Shown here one piece after another: positions 1 to 8,243 of a stretch of DNA of 61,558 nucleotides. Position numbers and translations under genes: made by a program. The DNA comes from Gammaproteobacteria bacterium (GTDB lineage Bacteria; Pseudomonadota; Gammaproteobacteria; Natronospirales; JAJUFS01). Each line of letters begins with the position of its first letter. Positions within the stretch are counted from its first letter, which is position 1. Under the pieces are notes generated by a model, which was given only the letters and a program-made list of their open reading frames with translations, searched no databases and was not told where the DNA came from. The DNA lies in NCBI GenBank assembly GCA_033720895.1, contig JAWWBS010000004.1, positions 1 through 61,558 on the forward strand, written 5' to 3'.

Positions 1-248
1 CCATCCAGCAGGATGCTGCCGTGCAGGAAGGCCTCGACGGCCAGCGGGTCGTCGCTGACGAAATGGTGGGGCAGGCTGTCGGCGAAGCAGGCCTCGACGT
101 CGAGTCGGGTCAGCGATTCATTCACGGTGACCCGGTAGAGATGCACGGACGGATCTGCGGCCTGCGCTGCCGGCGAAAGCAGGATTGCTGCCAGCAGGCA
201 GGCGAGCCAGCAATTTCGCAACGAGCGCCTGTGTTCCGGACATGTCAT
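1..248 (-). CDS. hypothetical exported protein, N-terminal part only (gene continues past the left edge)
   Basis: Absent from the ORF track because it is open at the edge. Minus-strand ATG at 248-246 reads MTCPEHRRSLRNCWLACLLAAILLSPAAQAADPSVHLYRVTVNESLTRLDVEACF... with no stop to base 1. It has a basic N-region, a hydrophobic core and an AQA-type cleavage motif. Same strand as, and 45 nt downstream of, the preceding gene. Confidence 0.45.
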   Translation of the reverse strand, partial: MTCPEHRRSLRNCWLACLLAAILLSPAAQAADPSVHLYRVTVNESLTRLDVEACFADSLPHHFVSDDPLAVEAFLHGSILLD

Positions 249-292
249 GCGGTATTGGACGGCGCGGCGACAGGCGGGGTTCCCGCCCGCGC

Positions 293-2155
293 TCAATCCT
301 CGCCGGAATAATCCTTCGGTGCCGGCGCCTCGTATTCCTGCACACCGACCACCAGCGAGCCGGGCCCGGCATGCACGCCAAGCGCGGAACCGGTGTCCAT
401 CAACCAGCTGCTTTCCACCTTCGGAATCGACTTGCACAGCAGGTCCAGCATCTGCTGGCCTTCCTTCGGCGTGTTGCAGTGGCTGACGAACACCCGCCAG
501 GTCTTGCTGCGGTCGATGCGCTTGGAAATGAAGCGATGGAATTTCTCGACAAAGGGTTCGCGCCCGAAGAACACGCCGCCGGATTTCACCGCGCCATCCG
601 GCTTGGCGGTCAGCACGGGGGTGATGTTCAGCAGGTCGGCGACTTTCTTCTTGCCGGCCGACACGCGGCCACCGCGCACGGCATAACTGAGGTCGCGCAA
701 GGCGCCCCAGGTATGCGTCTTGCCGCGCATGAGCAGCGTCGCGTCGACGATGTCCTGGGCGGAGTAGCCCGCTTTCGCGCATTCGGCCGCATAGGCAACG
801 AGCAGGCCCTGGCCGACCGAGACATTGTAGGAATCAAGCACCTCGACTGCCGCGCCATCGGCGCGTTGCGAGGCGGTTTCGGCGGCCTGCCAGGTGCCCG
901 AGGCCTTGGCCGTCAGGTTGATCGACACGACGGCATCGTAATGGCTGCCGAGGAACTGGAACTGGCGGCGGAAATCGCCCGGTGGCGGTTGCGATGTCTT
1001 GGGATGGACCGGGTTGGATTCCAGCTCGGCGTAAAGTTCCTCGGCGGTCATGGAGACCTTGTCGAGGTAGCTCTTTTCACCGAAGTGGATGCGTACCGGC
1101 ACCATGTGGATGTTCAGTTCGTCCATCAGCTGCTCGGGAATGTCGGCACCCGAGTCGGTGATGATGGCAACGCCACGCTCGCCTACCTTCGAGGCCTCTC
1201 GTGATTGCTGCAGCATGTCGTCGGCCTTCTGGCCGGAGACATTGCCGTAGCTCTCGGCCAGCTTGAAGACTTCGCGAGGCTCGTTGACGTGGATGTGGAC
1301 CTTGGCCTTGCGCTTGCTGCCGGCCAGCACCAGGCTGGAGCCAAGTGCCGCCAGTTCTTCGCGCAGCTTGCGGCGATCGATGTCCTCGCCGGTGATCATG
1401 CACTCGGTGCAGTAGCGGTGGGTCAGGTCTTCGCCGTCATGGCTGAAGTCGTCTTCCTCTTCTTCGCTCGGCGCGATGGTTTCGAGCATTTCTTCCAGCT
1501 GCTTCATCGAGCCGTCACTGACGAACTCGTGGATGCCACGCAGCATGTCGACAAAACCCTCGGCGCCCGCGTCGACCACGCCGGCCTTCTTCAGCACCGG
1601 CAGCAGGTTCGGCGTATTGGCCAGCGATGCCTCGGCTGCCAGCAGGCCATGGTCGAGCATGTCCATCAGGTCGATGTTGTCGTGATCGTCGGAGTATTCC
1701 TCCAGCGCATTCGCGAAGTCGGTCAGCACGGTGATCATGGTGCCTTCGCGCGGTTCCGAGAGTGCCTCGCGGGCATACAGGGCGCCTTCCTTGACGGCCC
1801 CGATGAACTGCCGCGGGGTCATCATGCGATAGCTGGCGGCGGCATCGGAAAAACCCTGGAAGAATTGCGCAAAGATGGCGCCGGAGTTGCCGCGCGCGCC
1901 ATCCAGTGCGGAATCGGCCACCACGGCCAGCAGCCGGCCGACGTGGCGCTCCATGGTATTCGACAGGCCATGCAGGATGGCAGTCAGGGTGAAGGCGATA
2001 TTGGTGCCGGTATCACCGTCCGGGACCGGGAAGACATTGATCTTGTTCAGGTGTTCCTGGCGCGAAATGACACGATGGATGCCGGCCTGCAGCGCGCGCC
2101 GCAAGCGCGCGCCATCCAGGTAGGTAACGCTGGCTGACAAGCTCGCATTCGACAT
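293..2155 (-). CDS. Dak2 (DhaL/FakA-N-like) domain fused to DegV (FakB-like, EDD-fold) domain protein
   Basis: ORF 293..2761 trimmed to the in-frame ATG at 2155 (MSNASLSAS...). The upstream 202 codons are Arg/Pro-rich and overlap the gspB-like gene. Dak2 signatures: PVPDGDTGTN and DGARGNSG. YloV-like middle region: RYCTECMI...KVHIHVNEP. DegV signatures: VAIITDSGADIP, TSQPPPGDF, AKASGTWQAA. Confidence 0.85.
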   Translation of the reverse strand: MSNASLSASVTYLDGARLRRALQAGIHRVISRQEHLNKINVFPVPDGDTGTNIAFTLTAILHGLSNTMERHVGRLLAVVADSALDGARGNSGAIFAQFFQGFSDAAASYRMMTPRQFIGAVKEGALYAREALSEPREGTMITVLTDFANALEEYSDDHDNIDLMDMLDHGLLAAEASLANTPNLLPVLKKAGVVDAGAEGFVDMLRGIHEFVSDGSMKQLEEMLETIAPSEEEEDDFSHDGEDLTHRYCTECMITGEDIDRRKLREELAALGSSLVLAGSKRKAKVHIHVNEPREVFKLAESYGNVSGQKADDMLQQSREASKVGERGVAIITDSGADIPEQLMDELNIHMVPVRIHFGEKSYLDKVSMTAEELYAELESNPVHPKTSQPPPGDFRRQFQFLGSHYDAVVSINLTAKASGTWQAAETASQRADGAAVEVLDSYNVSVGQGLLVAYAAECAKAGYSAQDIVDATLLMRGKTHTWGALRDLSYAVRGGRVSAGKKKVADLLNITPVLTAKPDGAVKSGGVFFGREPFVEKFHRFISKRIDRSKTWRVFVSHCNTPKEGQQMLDLLCKSIPKVESSWLMDTGSALGVHAGPGSLVVGVQEYEAPAPKDYSGED

Positions 2156-2198
2156 TGTTGTGCTCCTGCTTGTTGTGTCCGCCCTGCCTGTTGTTCCT

Positions 2199-2795
2199 TC
2201 AGGGCGACGCAATGGCAAATCGCTGACCGCGATACTCGAGGACGATCGAGCCCTGCTCGATACGCAACAAGGTGGGACCTTCTCGCAGTTGCTCACCCTC
2301 GGCGTAACGACGGAAATTGACCAGGACGAAGCGGTCCTCGGGTGCGGGCGCCCAGGCCAGCGCATTGATATCCAGTGCCGGCAGCGCCTCGCGGAATTCA
2401 GAGGATAGGCTATCAAGCCACGGCGCTGCCAGCGAGTCGCGTACCACGACGGCGGGCGGCGCGGGACTGGCTGTTGCCTGGTTGCGGCCGTCGGCAGCCT
2501 GGCGGGCGGCAGCGGGTGGCGGTTCGGGGCGTGTTTCGCGGGCGATGTCCGCGAGTGGCCGGACAGTTGCCGCGGCAGCGGGCTCGATCGGCGTGGTGGC
2601 CTCCTGCGGCAGCGCTTTTGCATCCAACAGGCCGCGGATGGCGAGCAGCATGACGGCCAAGGTGGCAAGCGCCAGCAGCGCCCACAGCCAGGCTGGCGGC
2701 CCAGGGCGCGCCACCGGCCCGGGCGCGAGGCGCTCTTCGGAACGTCCCGGTCGGGCTGCATCGGATTTTCGCAGGGCGTCGAGAATGATGGACAT
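2199..2795 (-). CDS. gspB: general secretion pathway protein B-like (GspB/ExeB family)
   Basis: Typical MSIILDALRKS N-terminus, one TM helix, a Pro/Ala-rich linker, and a C-terminal GspB-like segment (FVLVNFRRYAEGEQL...IVLEYRGQRFAI). The start codon abuts the stop of the ExeA-like gene (2795/2796). Confidence 0.7.
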   Translation of the reverse strand: MSIILDALRKSDAARPGRSEERLAPGPVARPGPPAWLWALLALATLAVMLLAIRGLLDAKALPQEATTPIEPAAAATVRPLADIARETRPEPPPAAARQAADGRNQATASPAPPAVVVRDSLAAPWLDSLSSEFREALPALDINALAWAPAPEDRFVLVNFRRYAEGEQLREGPTLLRIEQGSIVLEYRGQRFAIASP

Positions 2796-4391
2796 TCAGG
2801 GTCTCCGGTCGGCCAGGGTGTTGCTGGCGGCGGCCGCGTCGAGACGCGGGATCGGGCCGGTCGCCGTCGCTGACAGGCTGTTCAGGCGAATGATGCTGCG
2901 CGCCCCGGCAATGCCGTCAACCACCAGTCGCTGGTCGCGCTGGAATCGACGCAGTGCATCGCCCAGCTCCGCGTCGAAACGTTGCGGCTCGCTGTTGCTG
3001 TCGACCGGCAGGTAGCCAAGTTGCTCCAGCCGGGTCCTGAGCCAGCGCACTTCCTCGCCCTGGGCGCCCTCGCTGACAATGCGCCCGGCGGCCATGCCAG
3101 GTGGCGGACGCCACAGCGCGAGCATTTCGCCCAGCCACACCGACGCCAGTGCCTGCTGGCTGACGCGGTGTTCGGTTCCGCCAGCAGCAATTCGCCAGTT
3201 GCTCGAATCCTCGCCACCGCTGCGGCCGAGCAGCACGACCTGGTAGTCATTGCCGTCGGCATCACGCAACGCCAGGATGCTTGGCCGGTCGAGGCTGACC
3301 AGGTCGGCCCAGCCGGTGCGCTCGAACAGGCAGGCAAGGCCGGCATCCTGCGCCTGGGGGCAGGCGGGCTCGGTGCCATCGAAGTCCAGCTGCCAGCGTG
3401 CGAACAGCACGTCCAGCGCCTGCTCGCTGCCGGTCAGGTGGCGATGCTCTGCCAGCCATTGTTCGATGCCGGGTGCGGCCGGTGTTGCCGGGAACCAGTG
3501 CGCCTTGCCCAGCCACAACGCGCTCGTGGCCAGGCCGGCGGCGAGTGCCCCGGCCAGCAACCAGCGGCCGAGGCCGCTGGCGGGTGCGTGCCCGAGTGCT
3601 TCGCGGGCCGCGATGCGGACCATGCGCGCGTCGACCTGGCGCCGGTCGCGGCTGTAGGCGGCCAGCAGTGCGCGATCACAGAGGATGTTCACCAGCCGGG
3701 GAATGCCACGGCTGGCTTGCCACAGATTGCGCAGCGCGCCGTTGGTAAAGATGCGTCCCGTTGCGCCGGCGACGTCGAGGCGATGCACGATGTATTTTTC
3801 CAGCTCCTGGCGGTCCAGTGGTTCGAGGTGGTAGCGCGCGGTGATTCGTTGTGCCAGCTGCCGGAGGTCCGAGCGGGCGAGGGTGGCGCGCAGCTCCGGC
3901 TGGCCGATCAGCAGGATCTGCAGCAGCTTGTCCCGCGTGGTCTCGAGGTTGGTCAGCAGCCGTACCTGCTCCAGCAGGTCGCGTGGCAGGTTCTGGGCTT
4001 CGTCGATGATCAGCACGGTGCGGCGCCCCGCCGCATGGCTGGCCAGCAAGTGCTGGTTGAGGGCATCGATCATCGCCTGGTTGCCGGCATCGGCCGCCAC
4101 CTCGACATCCAGTTCGCGACAGATGTTGCGCAGGAATTCGTCGACCGCCTGCACCGGGTTGAGCACCAGGGCGACGTCGATGTGCTCGGGAAGTTCTTCC
4201 AGCAGGCTGCGAGTCAGCGTGGTCTTGCCGGTGCCGACTTCGCCGGTCAGCTGGATGAAGCCATTGCCTTCACGAATCCCGAACAACAGGTGCGCGAGCG
4301 CTTCCGAGTGCCGCGACCCGAGGAACAGGTAGCGCGGATCGGGCGTGATGGAGAACGGGTTTTCGTCCAGGCCGAAATAGGCGGCGTACAT
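2796..4391 (-). CDS. gspA: ExeA/GspA-family AAA ATPase with C-terminal peptidoglycan-binding domain
   Basis: N-terminus FGLDENPFSITPDPRYLF, Walker A GEVGTGKTT, Walker B VLIIDEAQNL, one TM helix, and a C-terminal PG-binding-like motif LRRFQRDQRLVVDGIAG. Confidence 0.85.
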   Translation of the reverse strand: MYAAYFGLDENPFSITPDPRYLFLGSRHSEALAHLLFGIREGNGFIQLTGEVGTGKTTLTRSLLEELPEHIDVALVLNPVQAVDEFLRNICRELDVEVAADAGNQAMIDALNQHLLASHAAGRRTVLIIDEAQNLPRDLLEQVRLLTNLETTRDKLLQILLIGQPELRATLARSDLRQLAQRITARYHLEPLDRQELEKYIVHRLDVAGATGRIFTNGALRNLWQASRGIPRLVNILCDRALLAAYSRDRRQVDARMVRIAAREALGHAPASGLGRWLLAGALAAGLATSALWLGKAHWFPATPAAPGIEQWLAEHRHLTGSEQALDVLFARWQLDFDGTEPACPQAQDAGLACLFERTGWADLVSLDRPSILALRDADGNDYQVVLLGRSGGEDSSNWRIAAGGTEHRVSQQALASVWLGEMLALWRPPPGMAAGRIVSEGAQGEEVRWLRTRLEQLGYLPVDSNSEPQRFDAELGDALRRFQRDQRLVVDGIAGARSIIRLNSLSATATGPIPRLDAAAASNTLADRRP

Positions 4392-4458
4392 CGCTCAGCT
4401 CTCCGGATGCTGCGCAGCAAGCGAAACCCCATGATGCCACAGGCCGGCGGGCATGATG

Positions 4459-5622
4459 TCAGTCGTCGCCGAGCAAGCGACCGCGCGTCACGGCAGCATC
4501 GCCAAAGCGTTCGCGCAGGCTGTCCACCACCTGGTCCAGGCGCGAGTCGCGACCGGCTTCCGCATCGGCGAACAGGTTCAACTGCGAGGCCGGCTCGAAC
4601 TGCGAACATCCCAGGCCGATCAAGCGGATACGGGCCCCGTTGCGGGCCTGCCACCACTCTGCCAGCAAGGCCTGTGCCCGGGCGGCGAGGGCGCGGGTGT
4701 CCTGGGTCGCCGGGTGGAGGCTGACGGCCCGGGTATGCGTGCGAAAGTCATGTTCGCGGATCTTTACCTGCACGGTGCGGGCAGCGAGACCCTTGGCACG
4801 CAGCCGCGTGGCGACCTTGTCGGCCATGTCCAGCAACTCCCGTTCGAGCTCGGCCAGCGTGGCCAGGTCGGTCGCATAGGTCTGCTCGTGGGAGATGGAC
4901 TTGTCGCTGCGCATGGCGACGACCGGGCGATCATCCCGGCCGGCCGCCAGTTGCCGGTAGCGCTCGGCCTGCTTGCCGAGAATGCCCTCGAGCACCCCGG
5001 CGGGCGACTCGCGCAGCTGGCGAAAGGTGTGCAGCCCGGCGCGCTCGAGGCGCGGCAGGGTTTTCGGCCCCAGCCCCCAGAGTCGCTTGACCGGCAATGG
5101 ATCGAGGAAGGCCTGCAACTCGTCCCGGCCCACAATCACGAAGCCGGCGGGCTTTTCTATATCGGAGGCGATTTTCGCGACGAACTTGTTGGGCGCGATG
5201 CCGATGGAGACCACCAGGCCGGTGCGCTCCCGGACGGCATCCCGGAGCTGCTCGCCAATGGCACGGACCGAGCCGTACTGCCGGAGACTGCCGGTGATGT
5301 CGAGAAAGGCTTCATCCAGGGACAGGCCTTCGACCTCCGGCGTGATGTCACGCATGGCAGCAAATACCTGCGCTGACACCTCGGCGTAACGGGCCATGCG
5401 CGGCTTGACGAAAATCCCGTCCGGGCAGCGCCGCCGGGCTTCGCGCCCGGGCATGGCGGAGCGCACGCCGAATTGCCGTGCCTCGTAACTGGCCGCTGCC
5501 ACCACACCGCGCGCCGAGGCACCGCCGACGATGACGGGCTTGCCACGCAGTTCGGGATGGTCGTGCTGCTCGACCGATGCGTAGAAGGCATCCATGTCGG
5601 CGTGCAGGATGACGCGTTCCAT
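4459..5622 (-). CDS. dinB: DNA polymerase IV (Y-family)
   Basis: ILHADMDAFYASVEQ...GKPVIVGG, SIDEAFLD-like LSLDEAFLDIT, and the full-length Y-family layout. Confidence 0.95.
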   Translation of the reverse strand: MERVILHADMDAFYASVEQHDHPELRGKPVIVGGASARGVVAAASYEARQFGVRSAMPGREARRRCPDGIFVKPRMARYAEVSAQVFAAMRDITPEVEGLSLDEAFLDITGSLRQYGSVRAIGEQLRDAVRERTGLVVSIGIAPNKFVAKIASDIEKPAGFVIVGRDELQAFLDPLPVKRLWGLGPKTLPRLERAGLHTFRQLRESPAGVLEGILGKQAERYRQLAAGRDDRPVVAMRSDKSISHEQTYATDLATLAELERELLDMADKVATRLRAKGLAARTVQVKIREHDFRTHTRAVSLHPATQDTRALAARAQALLAEWWQARNGARIRLIGLGCSQFEPASQLNLFADAEAGRDSRLDQVVDSLRERFGDAAVTRGRLLGDD

Positions 5623-5635
5623 CGGTGGCAGGTAC

Positions 5636-6181
5636 TCAGCCGCGTTCCGGCGGGTAGCTCGACAGGATGATGCGGACGATCTCGTTGATCCCGGCTTGCT
5701 GGAAGCTGGCCTGGTTCAGGCTGGCACCGCGCCAGCCGCGCCAGACCAGCTGGCCGTTGCGGGCATCGACCAGGTCGATGATGAGCAGTCCTTCTTCGTA
5801 ATGGCGATCGCCACCGTAAACGGCATAGCCAACCGTGGTTCGGCGATTCCAGGGGCCGGTCCCGAATCCCAGCACGAAACTGCCAGGACGGGAACGTTGC
5901 TTGTCGGCCGTGTGGTAGGTGACCAGCAGGTCGGCTTGCCCCTCCGCGACGAAATCCAGGCCACGCTGTTGCAGGGCGTCGATGACAGCCTGGCGGACCT
6001 TGGCGTCGAGCAGTGGACTGTCGAGAATCGGGTCATCGACCGCGTCGTGGGCGGGTGCCTGCCAGCTGAAACTGCGGTACTGGCTGAAGTCTGCTGCCGG
6101 GTCGAACTCGACCAGCGGTCGGGCCGCACAGGCACTCAGCAGAAACAGCGTAAACAGGCTATAAATTAAGGGTTTATGCAT
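5636..6181 (-). CDS. DUF4136-family lipoprotein
   Basis: Lipobox LLSAC after a signal peptide. The fold-typical pattern FSQYRSFSW...LLVTYH...LIIDLVDA...QLVWRG is present. Lies 13 nt upstream of dinB on the same strand. Confidence 0.75.
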   Translation of the reverse strand: MHKPLIYSLFTLFLLSACAARPLVEFDPAADFSQYRSFSWQAPAHDAVDDPILDSPLLDAKVRQAVIDALQQRGLDFVAEGQADLLVTYHTADKQRSRPGSFVLGFGTGPWNRRTTVGYAVYGGDRHYEEGLLIIDLVDARNGQLVWRGWRGASLNQASFQQAGINEIVRIILSSYPPERG

Positions 6182-6289
6182 GATCTCACCTCTCGCCGCA
6201 GTCTAGCATGCAGCTTGCCGGACGAACGGTAGGCAGGGCGGGACCAGGCGCACATTCCGGCATTGATTCACCCCTGTGCCGGGCTTAGG

Positions 6290-6305
6290 GTTATTTGACA
6301 ATAAC
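6290..6305. promoter_or_regulatory. AT-rich palindrome GTTATT-TGAC-AATAAC (possible operator) in a divergent intergenic region
   Basis: Perfect 6-bp arms with a 4-nt spacer. It lies 13 nt upstream of the GGDEF GTG start and about 110 nt upstream of the DUF4136-dinB unit. Confidence 0.2.
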
Positions 6306-6317
6306 TAGAGGCTAGGC

Positions 6318-8174
6318 GTGTTGAGAACGGGACTGAAAATATTGCTGCCCTACAGTATCGGGCTAGCCGCGTTCGGCTGGTCGGTTCTGCTGTGGCTGTC
6401 GTATTCGCAGTCGGCCTGGCCGCTGCCCAGCGGCGAACTGTTGCTGTTCGTCGGCCTGTCCCTGTTCTTCATTTCCGGTGGCTTCTCGGGTCCGCATGTT
6501 GGCCATACCTCGCTGGACCGCCTGGCCCAGGTCGGCGCGGTACTGGTGCTCGGCACGCTGAGTGCCGGCTGGGTTGCGGCGATCACCGGCTTGCTGTGGC
6601 CGCTGCTCGACCGTCGCCACAACCGTGGTGATTTCCAGTTCCTGTTGATGCGCTCGCTGCATTCCAGCGGTATGTTCACTCTGATCGTGCTGGGTGGTGG
6701 CTACGCCTTCGAGGCATTGGGTGGCGCGACGCCGCTGGCCAGCCTGACGGCTGGCAGCGCGCTGTTGTTGCTGCTGATGGCGGCGGTCATGCAACTCATC
6801 AACGAAGCCCTGATGGCGGTCTATGCACAGTTCAACGAGGGCGACTGGCGCAAGTGGTTCTCGGGTTTCGCGACCCTGCTGGAGATCGGCACCGTGCCGC
6901 TCGGCGTGTTCTCGGCCATCGTCTACAACACGGCGAGCACCGAGATCATCCTGCTCTATGGCCTGTTGCTGGTGATGTTCATGGTCATCCTGCGCCGCTT
7001 TGCCAAGAATCACTGGGAACTGGCCGAGCGGGTCAATGCACTGACCGGCATCAACCAGGTCGGCCGTGCCATCAGCACCTCATTGATCATCGATGACCTG
7101 GCCGAGCTCGTGTTCCAGCAGTGCCGCAAGCTGATCGATTTCACGGCCTTTTTCCTCGTGCTGTACGACGAAGAGTCGGACGAGCTCGATTTCCGCCTGC
7201 ACCACAACGACCTCGGCCGCCAGCCGCGCAAGCGCAAGAAGCGTGGCGAGGGCGCGATTGGCTGGATCATCCAGAACAACCGCGGGTTCCTGGTGCGCAA
7301 CTGGGACGAGTCGGAGCACGAGGCCAAGCAGGCCGCGGTCATTGTCGGCCGTACCCCGGGCTCGGTGATCGGCGTGCCGGTTTCCTATGACGGCAAGGTG
7401 CTCGGTGCCATCAGCGTGCAGAGTTTCAAGGCCAACGTGTTCGACGAATCGGATTTCCACCTGTTGATGACGCTGTCCGACCAGGTGGCGATCGCCATGG
7501 CCAATGCCCGCATGTTCACGGAGCTGGATTCCTATCGCTACGAGCTCGAGGACCGGGTCGAACAACGGACCCGGGAAATCGAGGCGCAGAAGCAGGAGCT
7601 GGTGGAGCTCAGCGAATCGCTGCGCGAAACCAACGCGCAGAAGGAGAACCTGTTGCAGGAGCTCCGGCGCAAGACCGCCGAGCTGGACAGGCAGAGCAAG
7701 GAAGACAGCCTTACCGGGCTTTACAACCGCCGCTTCATGGACCAGCGCCTGGCCGAGGAATTCAAGCGCGCCGAGCGTTTCGGTCATGCCATGTCGGTGG
7801 CCGTGCTCGATGTCGATTCCTTCAAGCAGATCAACGATGGTTTCTCGCACGTGCTGGCCGATGACGTGTTGCGGAAGTTTGCCGACATCATTCGCGAGCA
7901 ATGTCGCGCCATCGACATCATCTCTCGCTACGGTGGCGACGAATTCCTGCTTTGCCTGCCGGAGACGGATGTCGAGAGTGCCGCCGTGGTCTGCGAGAAG
8001 ATCCGCAAGGCGGTCTGCGATTTCGACTGGCACGATCTCGATCCCGGCCTGGTCGTCACGACGTCGATCGGTGTGGCGTCCTACGATGGCAAGGATCTCA
8101 AGCAGGCCCTGCTGGCTGCCGATGCGAAGCTTTACGAAGCCAAGCGCGGTGGCCGCAACCGCGTCTGTGCCTGA
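6318..8174 (+). CDS. membrane-anchored GAF-GGDEF diguanylate cyclase
   Basis: About 230 aa of multi-TM N-terminus, a GAF-like segment, a coiled coil, then a GGDEF domain with intact SRYGGDEF and an RAID I-site 5 residues upstream. GTG start taken from the ORF track; the exact start is uncertain. Confidence 0.85.
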   Translation: MLRTGLKILLPYSIGLAAFGWSVLLWLSYSQSAWPLPSGELLLFVGLSLFFISGGFSGPHVGHTSLDRLAQVGAVLVLGTLSAGWVAAITGLLWPLLDRRHNRGDFQFLLMRSLHSSGMFTLIVLGGGYAFEALGGATPLASLTAGSALLLLLMAAVMQLINEALMAVYAQFNEGDWRKWFSGFATLLEIGTVPLGVFSAIVYNTASTEIILLYGLLLVMFMVILRRFAKNHWELAERVNALTGINQVGRAISTSLIIDDLAELVFQQCRKLIDFTAFFLVLYDEESDELDFRLHHNDLGRQPRKRKKRGEGAIGWIIQNNRGFLVRNWDESEHEAKQAAVIVGRTPGSVIGVPVSYDGKVLGAISVQSFKANVFDESDFHLLMTLSDQVAIAMANARMFTELDSYRYELEDRVEQRTREIEAQKQELVELSESLRETNAQKENLLQELRRKTAELDRQSKEDSLTGLYNRRFMDQRLAEEFKRAERFGHAMSVAVLDVDSFKQINDGFSHVLADDVLRKFADIIREQCRAIDIISRYGGDEFLLCLPETDVESAAVVCEKIRKAVCDFDWHDLDPGLVVTTSIGVASYDGKDLKQALLAADAKLYEAKRGGRNRVCA

Positions 8175-8243
8175 CACGGACTGCTGCGCATTCCCGCGCA
8201 TGTTACAGTTCGCGGCTGAATTCGATCCGAAGGCACGCTACTG

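Noticed and set aside
2156-2761. N-terminal 202-codon extension of ORF 293..2761
   Set aside because: The extension is Arg/Pro-rich and overlaps the gspB-like gene in another frame. The Dak2 domain begins right after the internal ATG at 2155.
2982-4724. 580-aa plus-strand ORF. The similar long ORFs at 19640..21355, 29347..31326, 34735..36237, 47266..48477, 52605..54413, 40543..41634 and 55934..57211 fall in the same class.
   Set aside because: Each is antisense to a gene with strong family signatures and has skewed Arg/Ala/Gly composition. None has an RBS or domain motifs.
5623-6317. Search for a LexA/SOS box upstream of dinB
   Set aside because: I saw no CTGT-N8-ACAG or TTAGTA-type palindrome. 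The only palindrome present (6290-6305) does not resemble the known LexA motifs I remember.
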